From: an uncultured Candidatus Saccharibacteria bacterium
GTDB lineage: Bacteria > Patescibacteriota > UBA1384 > 2-12-FULL-50-11
Assembly: GCA_964362925.1 (NCBI GenBank)
Contig: CAYIGA010000001.1
Location: forward strand, 1 to 51,279
Direction: 5' to 3'
Length of the DNA: 51,279 bases
The notes under the pieces are model-generated. The model was not told the origin of the DNA, ran no database searches, and was given only the letters and a program-made list of their open reading frames with translations. Numbering within the stretch: position 1 is the stretch's first letter; the number at the start of each line of letters is the position of its first letter. Shown here one piece after another: positions 34,395-43,556 of the stretch. Made by a program: the position numbers and the translations under genes.

Positions 34395-35228
34395 TCATTT
34401 GACCAATATCCCAACTATTTCAACCATCAAGCGACGAGCGTAGGATTGGTCTATAAATTTGCCTGACTCTTCGTCAACAATTGGTGAATTTTCATGAGGA
34501 ATAATCACCAACACTGGAGCTACATTTTCATATTGGCTGGCTGTCCAACTGACCTTTTGCACGGCCCGCCCGTCGATTCCAGCCACCAGATTTAAGTCGC
34601 GATTTAGACGGGCGGCGACATGATCCGGCGGCAGCTCTTGCCAAACTGGGCTATTGAGCGCCACGACAGCAGGGCTATCCTGTGCTTGGCCCTCAAGACC
34701 ATCACTCCTGGCACTCTTCACCTGGATAGCCAGAGCTCGATTTTTTGCCAAATCGTCACTTCGCCGATCGTAGAACCACCAGTCCACCCCGTGATGGGTG
34801 TCCTCGCGATCGAGGGGATAATAAATTTCAAACTGACTTTTGAGACGATGCACTTCACGAAGTACGTCGGCCAGGGCGAACTCGGTAAGAACTCCGCGGA
34901 ACACATTTCCGGCCTTAGCTTCATTGCCGTAACGAGAAACAGCCGTTAGAAATTTAGAATGGGCCGGCCTCAACACAGCCGGCGACTTTACTCTCTCCAT
35001 CAGACGAAGCAAAGTTCCAGCGAACTGTTTGCCCCGATCCCATTCTTCAAGGTTGTCTTGGCGAGAGATTCGCTCCAACGACTTGTTGAATTTATCAAGC
35101 GCGACTCCGACTTCTTCCGGCGATTCAACTGGGTCTCTAAACTCTCGGCGAGATGTTCCGTCCGAGGGACCAACAATGTCCCGCTCTACAATTTCCGGCG
35201 AGAAGGACGGTTTTTCGCTCATCGTCAT
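34395..35228 (-). CDS. hypothetical protein with Mrr-like PD-(D/E)xK nuclease signature (277 aa)
   Basis: Start set at the ATG at 35228 (the longer track ORF overlaps uvrA and its own promoter). Candidate motif order E ([12 protein letters not shown]) ... D (HHGVDWWFY) ... QxK (LAIQVKS). One sampled line is GC-rich. Confidence 0.55.
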   Translation of the reverse strand: MTMSEKPSFSPEIVERDIVGPSDGTSRREFRDPVESPEEVGVALDKFNKSLERISRQDNLEEWDRGKQFAGTLLRLMERVKSPAVLRPAHSKFLTAVSRYGNEAKAGNVFRGVLTEFALADVLREVHRLKSQFEIYYPLDREDTHHGVDWWFYDRRSDDLAKNRALAIQVKSARSDGLEGQAQDSPAVVALNSPVWQELPPDHVAARLNRDLNLVAGIDGRAVQKVSWTASQYENVAPVLVIIPHENSPIVDEESGKFIDQSYARRLMVEIVGILVK

Positions 35229-35232
35229 TACT

Positions 35233-35261
35233 TTTATACTCGCTCCAACGCCAGCCGTCAA
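35233..35261 (-). promoter_or_regulatory. promoter TTGACG-17 nt-TATAAA, 4 nt from the ATG (leaderless-type)
   Basis: Minus strand: TTGACGgctggcgttggagcgagTATAAAagtaATG. Confidence 0.5.
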
Positions 35262-35307
35262 GGTCCGCTTATGGTATAGGTCGGCTGGATTAGCTAAAAT
35301 CAAATCG

Positions 35308-38151
35308 ATGTCTGACAAAATCATCATTAAGGGCGCTCGCGAGCATAATCTCAAAAATATCGATCTGGAACTGCCGCGGAACAAACTAATCGTCTTTACC
35401 GGCTTATCCGGCTCGGGTAAATCGTCGCTGGCTTTCGACACCATTTACGCCGAAGGTCAACGCCGGTATATGGAGTCGCTTTCGTCCTATGCTCGGCAGT
35501 TTTTGGGTCAGATGGAAAAACCCGATGTTGACTATATTGAAGGTCTGTCGCCAGCCATTTCCATTGACCAAAAAACGACCAGCCATAACCCTCGTTCGAC
35601 CGTCGGGACGGTGACGGAGATCTACGACTATTTGCGTTTACTTTTCGCCCGAGTCGGCGTGCCATATTGTCCCAATTGCGGTCGGAAAATTGCCCGTCAA
35701 ACCATCGACCAAATGGTTGACTTAATTGAAGGTTTACCCGAAAGTACACGAATTAGCGTTCTTTCACCGGTTGTTCGCGGTCGGAAAGGCGAATACCATC
35801 AGCTCCTCCACGACCTGTATAAAGGTGGGTTCGGCACCGTCCGGGTCAACGGCGCCATTTTTAGTTTAAACGACAAAATTGATCTTGATCGTTACAAAGC
35901 CCATAAGATCGAGGTTTTAATTGATCGACTAATCATTGGTTCGTCAACCCGAGCCCGCTTAAACGAAGCGATCGAATCGGCGCTGAAGTTGAGCAAGGGT
36001 TTGGTCATTGTTGCCCAAGAAGGCAAAAATGACGAAATTCTGCTCTCGGAAGAGCTGTCATGCCCCTACGACGGCTTTAGTTTGGGCGAAATTTCGCCGC
36101 GGTCATTTTCGTTCAATTCTCCTTACGGCGCTTGCGAGGATTGCCACGGTCTGGGCATCAGGAAAGTTATTGCCGACGAGCTAATTATTCCCGACCGAAC
36201 CAAAACGATTAGTCAGGGAGCGATTATGCCCTGGACAGTTTCGGCCACCAATTACTACGGCATTCTAATTAAAAACAGCGCCGATCATTTTGACATAAAC
36301 CTTGAGGCGCCGATTAAAGAAATAGATCCGAAAAAACTCCAGAAAGTCCTCTACGGCCTCGATTCTCCAATCAAACTCCGTCTCCGTTATTTCTCTAATG
36401 GTCAGGCTCAATACTTTAGCGTTTGGTTCAAGGGCTTGATCCCTCATTTAGAAAGTCGATTTGCCGAAACAGATTCCGATCGAGTCCGGGAAGAGATAGA
36501 AAAGTATATGCTTTCGAGTCCGTGCCAAAGCTGTCAGGGCGCTCGTTTGAAACAAGTTGCCTTAATTTTTAAAGTGGCCGGTTTAAATATTTCCGAGCTA
36601 GTCGCCTTAACAATCGACAAAGCTAAAGATTATTTCGCCGAATTGAAGCTGTCGGCGCGAGACCAGTCAATTGCCGGCAAGATTATCTTAGAAATAAATA
36701 GCCGACTGGAATTTTTGACCAAAGTCGGTCTTGATTACTTAACCCTTGATCGTTCGGCAACAACGCTGGCTGGCGGTGAATCGCAAAGAATCCGTCTGGC
36801 CTCCCAAATCGGCTCGGCCTTGGTCGGAATATTGTATGTTTTGGACGAGCCAACGATCGGCTTGCATCCGACCGACAACGCTAAATTAATTGAGACTTTA
36901 CATCATCTCCGGGATTTGGGCAACACCGTCATCGTCGTTGAACACGACGAGGAAACGATGCGCGCCGCCGACTTTATCGTTGATATTGGCCCCGGCGCTG
37001 GAGAACACGGTGGCCAAATTATCGCCAGTGGAAATTACGACGAGCTGGTCAGTAATCCCCAATCGATCACCGGGCCGTATTTAACCGGCGAAAAATTTCT
37101 GATTATTCCGGTTCGACGGGAGGTGGTTAAGGGTCATAAAATGTTGACTGTCCACGGTGCTTCTGAAAACAATCTCAAAAAAATTACTGTCAATTTCCCG
37201 ACCGGCCGATTTATTGTCGTCACCGGCGTGTCTGGTAGCGGCAAATCAACTTTAATCGCCGAGGTTTTGAGCAAAGCCGTTGGCCGACGGCTTGGTCATG
37301 CCACCTTGATTCCAGGCGCCCATCAAAGCATTAGCGGCGTCGAAAATATTAATAAAATGATTGAAATCAATCAGTCGCCGATCGGCCGGACGCCTCGGTC
37401 GAACCCGGCCACTTACACCAAAGCATTCGACCCGATCCGCCAACTATTTGCCGCTACTCCTGCCGCTCGGAGTCGTGGCTACAAGCCCGGCCGGTTTAGT
37501 TTTAATGTCATCGGCGGCCGCTGTGAGAATTGCCAAGGCGACGGCCAAATAAAAATTGAGATGAACTTTTTGCCTGATGTTTATATCACCTGCGATGTCT
37601 GCCAGGGAACTCGGTACAATAAAGAGACCTTGGAAGTGAGGTGGAAGGGTAAAAATGTTAGCCAAGTTCTAAATCTAACTATTGAGGAGGCAGGAGAGTT
37701 CTTCGCTAATATTTCGACCGTGGCCGACAAATTGAAAACGATGGAAAAGGTTGGTCTCGGTTATGTTCGCTTGGGTCAGAGCGCCACGACGTTGTCAGGC
37801 GGCGAAGCCCAGCGGATCAAACTGGCGGCCGAATTGGCCAAACGCGATACCGGTGCGACTCTTTATGTACTAGATGAGCCAACGACCGGCTTGCATTTTG
37901 CTGACGTCGAAAAACTGCTCAGCGTTTTGCAAGCGCTAGTTGATCGAGGCAATACCGTTATTGTCATTGAACATAACCTGGATGTCGTAAAATCGGCCGA
38001 CTGGCTGATTGATTTGGGGCCGGGCGGCGGGGAAAAAGGCGGCCGGATCGTTGCCCAAGGGGAGCCAGAGACAGTGGCCGGAGTTAAAACCTCATTGACC
38101 GGCCAGGTTCTGAAGAATGTCTTAGTCGCGGGCAGGAAAATTAGGATTTAA
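35308..38151 (+). CDS. uvrA: excinuclease ABC subunit A
   Basis: Start at the ATG at 35308 ([54 protein letters not shown]). Two ABC modules and zinc-finger Cys clusters. TAAAAT lies 7 nt upstream of the ATG. Confidence 0.97.
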   Translation: MSDKIIIKGAREHNLKNIDLELPRNKLIVFTGLSGSGKSSLAFDTIYAEGQRRYMESLSSYARQFLGQMEKPDVDYIEGLSPAISIDQKTTSHNPRSTVGTVTEIYDYLRLLFARVGVPYCPNCGRKIARQTIDQMVDLIEGLPESTRISVLSPVVRGRKGEYHQLLHDLYKGGFGTVRVNGAIFSLNDKIDLDRYKAHKIEVLIDRLIIGSSTRARLNEAIESALKLSKGLVIVAQEGKNDEILLSEELSCPYDGFSLGEISPRSFSFNSPYGACEDCHGLGIRKVIADELIIPDRTKTISQGAIMPWTVSATNYYGILIKNSADHFDINLEAPIKEIDPKKLQKVLYGLDSPIKLRLRYFSNGQAQYFSVWFKGLIPHLESRFAETDSDRVREEIEKYMLSSPCQSCQGARLKQVALIFKVAGLNISELVALTIDKAKDYFAELKLSARDQSIAGKIILEINSRLEFLTKVGLDYLTLDRSATTLAGGESQRIRLASQIGSALVGILYVLDEPTIGLHPTDNAKLIETLHHLRDLGNTVIVVEHDEETMRAADFIVDIGPGAGEHGGQIIASGNYDELVSNPQSITGPYLTGEKFLIIPVRREVVKGHKMLTVHGASENNLKKITVNFPTGRFIVVTGVSGSGKSTLIAEVLSKAVGRRLGHATLIPGAHQSISGVENINKMIEINQSPIGRTPRSNPATYTKAFDPIRQLFAATPAARSRGYKPGRFSFNVIGGRCENCQGDGQIKIEMNFLPDVYITCDVCQGTRYNKETLEVRWKGKNVSQVLNLTIEEAGEFFANISTVADKLKTMEKVGLGYVRLGQSATTLSGGEAQRIKLAAELAKRDTGATLYVLDEPTTGLHFADVEKLLSVLQALVDRGNTVIVIEHNLDVVKSADWLIDLGPGGGEKGGRIVAQGEPETVAGVKTSLTGQVLKNVLVAGRKIRI

Positions 38152-38152
38152 G

Positions 38153-38175
38153 AAAAACCGGGCTAGTTGCCCGGC
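38153..38175. terminator. hairpin after uvrA (CCGGGC-tagtt-GCCCGG) preceded by an A-run
   Basis: Read directly. The A-run on the plus strand gives a T-run for minus-strand transcripts, so it may be bidirectional. Confidence 0.5.
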
Positions 38176-38521
38176 TCAAATCTCTGACGGTTCGGTAGCG
38201 ACTGCCAACCGCCATCTTGATTATTTAGAACGCGGAAGCCAATCTAACCGGCAGGAAGGTCAAAGTCAAAGATCGTCCCAACCAACTTCCGTAATAATTA
38301 AGGAAATTAGCTAGGAAATCTGGCCGAAGCGGTTGGCTAAAAGCCATGCTTCGGCCGAGGGTTCCTGCTGGGGCTGGGGCTCTGGGATGAGGCCTAAGAG
38401 CGAAACTAATTCGTCCTAGGCCTAGTTCGGTTTGGGCCGAAAACCCTGTCGATATGAGCTCGGCAGTGCCATCTGTTCTTGGCCGCAGGAACAGATAAGA
38501 CTGTTAAATTCCAAATCTTGG

Positions 38522-39061
38522 TTAGCGAGCCTTCTGCTTCTGACCGCAGCCGTGACCGTTCGCCTGCCGGCGGTTCTCCTCCGCCCGAGCCGCCTTATTA
38601 ATCGCGCATCGGACGGAATCGGTTCTGGATTTATCCAGGCGAATTCGCTCCCGCTCGTCTTCCAGGTCACGGATAGTAGTTGCGACTAGGCCGCAAGCGG
38701 ACAGCGCCCTTCCACCGTAGCCCTTGTCAATCGCTCTGTCGGCGGCCGCCAGATGCGCCTTGACGGTGTCAGTATTAATTCCTTTCCCATTGGCCAACCT
38801 CCCAACGGTTGCACGGAGACGAGTTGCCCACTCCCGAGCGGCGTTCACCTGGTCACAGTGAATAGAGCGAACGGCATCCCAGGCCTTTCTCGTCGCTTGG
38901 GAACCGAAACCACGGTCGGCGAGGATTTGGGCATCGTAAGCGGCGTTGAACGCCTCCTTAGAAAAACGCCCACAGATTCGGCCAAGAATCTCGAGCGCCT
39001 CCGTCAGCGGACTAGGTTGGCTGGTGGCCAGCTGAACCGGACGGCCAATTGTCGAATTCAT
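38522..39061 (-). CDS. helical ORFan with a basic C-terminal tail (179 aa)
   Basis: AAGGAG lies 10 nt upstream of the ATG. Alanine/arginine-rich, helix-like sequence. Overlapping opposite-strand ORFs look like low-complexity junk. One sampled line is GC-rich. Confidence 0.5.
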   Translation of the reverse strand: MNSTIGRPVQLATSQPSPLTEALEILGRICGRFSKEAFNAAYDAQILADRGFGSQATRKAWDAVRSIHCDQVNAAREWATRLRATVGRLANGKGINTDTVKAHLAAADRAIDKGYGGRALSACGLVATTIRDLEDERERIRLDKSRTDSVRCAINKAARAEENRRQANGHGCGQKQKAR

Positions 39062-39444
39062 CTTCGTTCATCTCCTTGGCTACCGATGGTTCGGATAGCC
39101 GGGTCATGCCCGAATCGGGCCAGTGATTACTTCGAGTCTATTAAATCGACTCGTTAGAAAAATCAAAGTTGCATTACTTAATGAATGAATACAATTAAAC
39201 ACGTCAATATTGGGGAAAACCTCCCAGAGCTGTGTTTGCGGTTCATTCATAAAGACATTAGTTTCGGTGATTTCTCTAATGAGTCGATTTCTCCTCACTG
39301 ATCACCTCTCGACGTCGAATAAGGTAAACCTTCGACTTTAGGCGAGATGATCAAAGAGGAAACTAACTGTTAAAGAAGATTGGTCTTGCGAAGGGCTCTT
39401 TAGACCCTCCGCTCACAACCGTGTACTAATATCGTACGTTCAAG

Positions 39445-39473
39445 ATACTATCACAGAACGGTCGGAATGTCAA
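39445..39473 (-). promoter_or_regulatory. near-consensus promoter TTGACA-17 nt-(TGa)TAGTAT reading toward the 179-aa ORFan
   Basis: Minus strand: TTGACAttccgaccgttctgTGaTAGTAT. The predicted start is about 140 nt before the first small ORF and about 375 nt before the 179-aa ORF. Confidence 0.55.
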
Positions 39474-39655
39474 TGGTTTTAGACCTATTTTTTTAAAATT
39501 TATCTGGAATAGACTATGCTTTATTAAATGTTTTCATGTATATTTAGTCAGCTTTAGCCTCAAGGGTGGTTGATTTCGAAAAAGCAAACGTAACACTTAA
39601 TTTTTAATAACTCACCTTCAACTCTTCTACCATATCAACTAACTGCTCTGGAGGT

Positions 39656-39681
39656 GGATTATGACATATATGTCATAATCC
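39656..39681. repeat. 26-nt perfect palindrome GGATTATGACATATATGTCATAATCC
   Basis: Read directly. It lies in an AT-rich region with only short ORFs between the ORFan island and uvrC. Confidence 0.9.
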
Positions 39682-39830
39682 GCATTTGAACTGATGTTTG
39701 TTACTGTCAATTAAAATAATCTATATATATTGAAATAGAATATGTTAATCTGGTTCGATTCAAGACGCCAGAATACTGTACTTTTCCAGATATAGTTAGT
39801 TTATTGTTGATTCTAAGGTAGAATACACTT

Positions 39831-41453
39831 ATGGAAAAGATCAATCAGTTCTTACCCAACAAACCTGGGGTTTATTTGTTCAAAGACGAGAACAACCGAG
39901 TGCTCTACGTTGGCAAGGCTAAAAATCTGAAGAGTCGGGTTGGGAGCTACTTAATCAATAAACACCTCGATCGTCCCTGGATCGCTGTAATGATGGGTTT
40001 AATCAAAGACGTCGAGACAATCGTTGTCAACAACGAACTTGAGGCATTAATTCTTGAAGCAACTTTAATCAACGAGCATCAACCAAAGTTTAATATTAAA
40101 CTAACCGACGATAAGGCCTATCCGTATATTAAGTTAACTCTGAACGAATCATTTCCTCGATTCCAAATAGTCCGTCAACGAGCTCGAGACGGGGCCAAAT
40201 ACTTTGGACCCTATTTGTCGGCTTGGTCAGCCCGAATGACTTGTGAATTTTTGCGCCGAATCTATGGGGTTCATATTAGCAATCGACCACTCTCGAATAA
40301 TGGTAATCAACCGTGTCTTAACTGCCAACTAGAAAATAACCTTTGTCCGATGGCTAATCAAATCTCCGAAGAAGCATATGCTTATCCAGTCAAAAAAGTG
40401 ATTGAGTTTTTAGAAGGGAGAAGGAAATTGTTAGTCAAGGATATTGAGATTCGAATGGAACAGGCAGCGAAGGGAGAGAACTTTGAATTAGCGGCCAAAC
40501 TTCGTGACCAACTTCGTGCCGTTCGGCAGGTCACTACCAACCAGGATGTAGTTGGCTCGATTAGTGACAATTTTGACGCTATTGCCGCTTCCAATGCCAA
40601 ATGGATGGGCGTTGTCACGCTAATGTCGGTTCGGTTGGGTATTTTGACTGGCCAGAAACATTTTAACTTCAAAATCACTGCCAATCAGAGAACTTGCGAG
40701 GTCATTCGGCAATTTCTGCTCAACTTTTACCAAAACTTTACAGCCGTCCCACCCTTAGTGGCTCTAGCTGAAGATATCGAAGATCGCCAGCTGATTGAGA
40801 GTTGGTTAACCAAGACTTTCGGTCATAAAGTTGAGCTAAGAGTGGCCGCGCGGGGCGAAAAAAATAACTTTGTCGCCCTAGCCAAAAAGAATGCTGATGC
40901 TAAATTGGAGGCAGAATTAGCCAAAGACAACAATGACTTCTCGGGCTTAATCGCCATCAAGGAATTGTTAGGTCTTGACGAATTTCCGGAAAGGATTGAG
41001 GCGGTTGATATCTCAAACCTAGGCACGAGTGAGCCAATCGGCACAACAGTTTGCTTTATTAACGGCCAACCAGACAAGAACGAGTACCGTCGTTACAAGA
41101 TAAGAACAGTTCTTGGTCAGAATGATTTTGCGATGATCAGGGAAATTACCGGAAGGCGATTTAGCGACACCAGCCGACCGGTCCCAGATTTATTCGTTGT
41201 CGACGGTGGGCCAGAACAATTGAAATCGGCGCTAAGGGCTTTAGAGGGTACGGTAGTGAAGCCGAAGCATATACTATCTCTGGCTAAAAAACCGGATAGA
41301 ATATTTTTACCGACTAAAAAGCGGCCGATACCGATCAAGCGCGGCCATCAGGGACTGTTATTACTCGCCCGAATCAGAGACGAAACTCACCGGTTTGGAC
41401 TACGTTTCCAACGTCAGCGGCAAAACAAAAAAAGCTTGGCCACCAAAGACTAA
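39831..41453 (+). CDS. uvrC: excinuclease ABC subunit C
   Basis: GIY-YIG N-terminus (PGVYLFKDENNRVLYVGKAKNLKSRV), UVR domain (FELAAKLRDQL) and C-terminal endonuclease region. Confidence 0.95.
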   Translation: MEKINQFLPNKPGVYLFKDENNRVLYVGKAKNLKSRVGSYLINKHLDRPWIAVMMGLIKDVETIVVNNELEALILEATLINEHQPKFNIKLTDDKAYPYIKLTLNESFPRFQIVRQRARDGAKYFGPYLSAWSARMTCEFLRRIYGVHISNRPLSNNGNQPCLNCQLENNLCPMANQISEEAYAYPVKKVIEFLEGRRKLLVKDIEIRMEQAAKGENFELAAKLRDQLRAVRQVTTNQDVVGSISDNFDAIAASNAKWMGVVTLMSVRLGILTGQKHFNFKITANQRTCEVIRQFLLNFYQNFTAVPPLVALAEDIEDRQLIESWLTKTFGHKVELRVAARGEKNNFVALAKKNADAKLEAELAKDNNDFSGLIAIKELLGLDEFPERIEAVDISNLGTSEPIGTTVCFINGQPDKNEYRRYKIRTVLGQNDFAMIREITGRRFSDTSRPVPDLFVVDGGPEQLKSALRALEGTVVKPKHILSLAKKPDRIFLPTKKRPIPIKRGHQGLLLLARIRDETHRFGLRFQRQRQNKKSLATKD

Positions 41454-41572
41454 TCTTCGCCTGCCGCGATGATGACGATGAGGGCTCTCACTTTAAAGAA
41501 GCGGGTCCATTGGCGACATCGACGCGTTGCCAGCCGTGGTATTCCGGCGAAGAATAGCAACTTTTGGTTTTT

Positions 41573-41731
41573 CTACTTTATGTGTTGGTTAAAGCGATTG
41601 CCGAAAGCGAGGATATTTATGCCGAGGATGACGAAAAAAATTCCCACTATAATACCGACTAAACTGGGGAATATTATTACTAAAATCCCAAAAACAATCG
41701 AAGTCGCGCCCATGACTTGGAGTGGATTCAT
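41573..41731 (-). CDS. possible 52-aa two-TM membrane peptide
   Basis: Below the track length cutoff. My translation is MNPLQVMGATSIVFGILVIIFPSLVGIIVGIFFVILGINILAFGNRFNQHIK. The overlapping plus-strand ORF 41469-41741 looks spurious. Confidence 0.35.
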   Translation of the reverse strand: MNPLQVMGATSIVFGILVIIFPSLVGIIVGIFFVILGINILAFGNRFNQHIK

Positions 41732-41909
41732 TAAATTTTAATATACTACTTTTTGATTCATATTAACTCCGCAAAAGTTCTGATCGATATTGTAGTTCCC
41801 AAGATTCAACCGACCGACTTCGCCGAAAACCACGAATGGAAGTCCCTGGAGCTTCATTTGGTCGAAACAAACTCTTGCCAAGGGCAAAAAACTATTAGAA
41901 TATTATACT

Positions 41910-42293
41910 GTGACCGAGATAAATCAAACCTATACGATCAAGGCGTCAATTGCCAAAGTCTGGCAGACGTTGGTAGACCCTAAAATTATTGCCGTTTGGA
42001 GTAATGCTCCAGCTAAGATGGACGAAGTGGTTGGATTTGAGTTTGAACTTTGGAACGGCGACATTACTGGTGTTAACACCATCGTCGACAAACCAACCTT
42101 ATTAGTTCAGGAGTGGCAGTACGGTGACTGGCCGAAGCCCTCGCGGGTCACATTTTCGCTTAAAGCGGTTAACAATCACACTGTCGTTAAATTAACCCAA
42201 ACCGGACATCCCAAAAACGAACAGAAGGATCTTGAGGAGGGCTGGGACAGTTATTATCTTGGCGCGATTAAAAAATATCTTGAGTTAATTTAG
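41910..42293 (+). CDS. SRPBCC-superfamily protein (AHSA1/START-like)
   Basis: 127 aa. Pattern ...IKASIAKVWQTLVDP...W...V.EW.... typical of Aha1-like SRPBCC proteins. GTG start 8 nt after a TAGAAT box. Confidence 0.75.
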   Translation: MTEINQTYTIKASIAKVWQTLVDPKIIAVWSNAPAKMDEVVGFEFELWNGDITGVNTIVDKPTLLVQEWQYGDWPKPSRVTFSLKAVNNHTVVKLTQTGHPKNEQKDLEEGWDSYYLGAIKKYLELI

Positions 42294-43123
42294 CTCTGAC
42301 GCAAATTTTTGAGAATGTCGACATTCGGCTTGTCAGGTCCTTTGTCGTCAAAACCAGGAACTTCTAGGTAACTAGCCAGATTTTGCCAGCGAGAATCGTT
42401 AACAATATGACCGAACGGCTGACTGCCTAAGAAGCCCTGACCAATATTTTCGTGGCGGTCGCGCTTGGCGCCAAGATCAAACTTAGAGTCGTTGAAGTGC
42501 CAGCAAAAAACTTTGTCCAGGCCAATCAAGCGTTCAACCTGATTAACATATGCTTTGTACCCGTCTGTTGTTTTGAGATCGTAGCCAGCGGCAAAAGCGT
42601 GACAGGTATCCAAACAAACGCCAACTCTTGATTGGTCAGACGACGAATTGATTAGCCAAGCCAAGTCCTCTAGCTTACCGCCGATGGTCGAGCCGGCCGA
42701 ATTTTCATAAATTAACTTTGACTCCGGTGGTGTTTCGGTCAATATTTCGGCAATAATATCTTTAATTTGGGTTTGATTACCAATTTCGCCATTAGTGTAC
42801 GAGCCAGGATGAAATATTGTGCCGACGATGCCAAGTTTCTCGGCCAAACGCAAAGTTTCGATTAAGGCCGTTTTTGTTTTTAAAACATTGGCTTCGTCGT
42901 TACCAGCTAAGTTAGTTAAATAGATGCCGTGAAATATAACTTGTTGAAAAGATTTCGCCCATTCGGTTTTGAACCAAGAACATTGGCCATCATCCCAGCC
43001 ACGAATCTTCCACTGTAGGGGGGCAGATGGGAATATCTGCAGAGCTTCAGCACCAATTTCTAAACCCTTACTGATCGCCGTCTTTAGCCCGCCGGCGGTG
43101 GAAACATGAGCGCCAATATACAT
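42290..43123 (-). CDS. nfo: endonuclease IV (AP endonuclease, TIM barrel)
   Basis: Start at MYIGAHVS. HPGSY, CLDTCHAFAAGYD and RDRHENIGQGFLG metal-binding motifs. Confidence 0.93.
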   Translation of the reverse strand: MYIGAHVSTAGGLKTAISKGLEIGAEALQIFPSAPLQWKIRGWDDGQCSWFKTEWAKSFQQVIFHGIYLTNLAGNDEANVLKTKTALIETLRLAEKLGIVGTIFHPGSYTNGEIGNQTQIKDIIAEILTETPPESKLIYENSAGSTIGGKLEDLAWLINSSSDQSRVGVCLDTCHAFAAGYDLKTTDGYKAYVNQVERLIGLDKVFCWHFNDSKFDLGAKRDRHENIGQGFLGSQPFGHIVNDSRWQNLASYLEVPGFDDKGPDKPNVDILKNLRQS

Positions 43124-43191
43124 TGATTTGATTCTAGCGGATTTTGGGCTATGTTGAGAATAAGTTCGCACCAATTCCAAGGAGAGGTCGG

Positions 43192-43551
43192 ATGGGGCTT
43201 GTTAGCCGCGATAGCAAGGAAACTCCGTTGCAGGAAGCTAATAATGGCCTGATCAACGATGATCCGAATGGAGCAGGCGATGACAATCAAGACGGTAGGC
43301 ATCGCTTCCGCGAGCATGGTAATCCGGAGGAGGAAGAAGTTCGGGCGATTCTCGAAGGCGGACACGTCCTTAACGAGGCGGAGGTCAGGGAGATCCACAA
43401 AATCATCTCTGCCAGCCTGGAACAGATTGTATCGGGGATGCATTTCCGAGACGATCTCTACTTACATGATCTCGGAATCGCCCTGAAGGCTGTTGCTTCT
43501 CCTTCCAAGACCCCCGAACAGCCGACCCTGCCTTGGTCAAGAACAGGCTAG
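43192..43551 (+). CDS. acidic ORFan (119 aa)
   Basis: ATG with GGAGAGG 4 nt upstream. Disordered acidic N-terminal half (NDDPNGAGDDNQDG...EEEE). Followed by an 11-bp hairpin. One sampled line is GC-rich. Confidence 0.45.
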   Translation: MGLVSRDSKETPLQEANNGLINDDPNGAGDDNQDGRHRFREHGNPEEEEVRAILEGGHVLNEAEVREIHKIISASLEQIVSGMHFRDDLYLHDLGIALKAVASPSKTPEQPTLPWSRTG

Positions 43552-43556
43552 TCCCG

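Noticed and set aside
35029-35307. 93-codon N-terminal extension of uvrA, and the 72-codon extension of the divergent 34395 ORF (to 35444)
   Set aside because: The two extensions overlap each other and both promoters. UvrA homology starts at MSDKIIIKG (35308), and the extension sequences are S/R/P-rich junk.
38753-39157. 134-aa plus-strand ORF (and 38432-38689, 38422-38670) in the GC-rich island
   Set aside because: These overlap the better-supported 179-aa minus-strand ORF, which has an SD site and helical composition. Their translations are S/P/R/G-rich, as expected for random ORFs in GC-rich DNA. Coding assignment in this island nevertheless remains uncertain.
39752-39761. tRNA T-loop-like GGTTCGATTC
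   Set aside because: The flanking bases do not form a T-stem (TCTGG versus CAAGA), and no acceptor or anticodon arms could be built. No tRNA was found anywhere in the window by eye.
39480-39830. AT-rich region with only short ORFs considered as a replication origin, since gyrB/gyrA are nearby in many oriC regions
   Set aside because: I saw no TTATCCACA-type DnaA boxes or clustered variants here or upstream of gyrB. dnaA and dnaN are not in the window, so there is no basis for an origin call.
41469-41741. 90-aa plus-strand ORF after uvrC
   Set aside because: Its composition is basic and hydrophobic junk (RHRRVASRGIPAKNSNFWFFYFMCW). The opposite strand encodes a more plausible 52-aa two-TM peptide.
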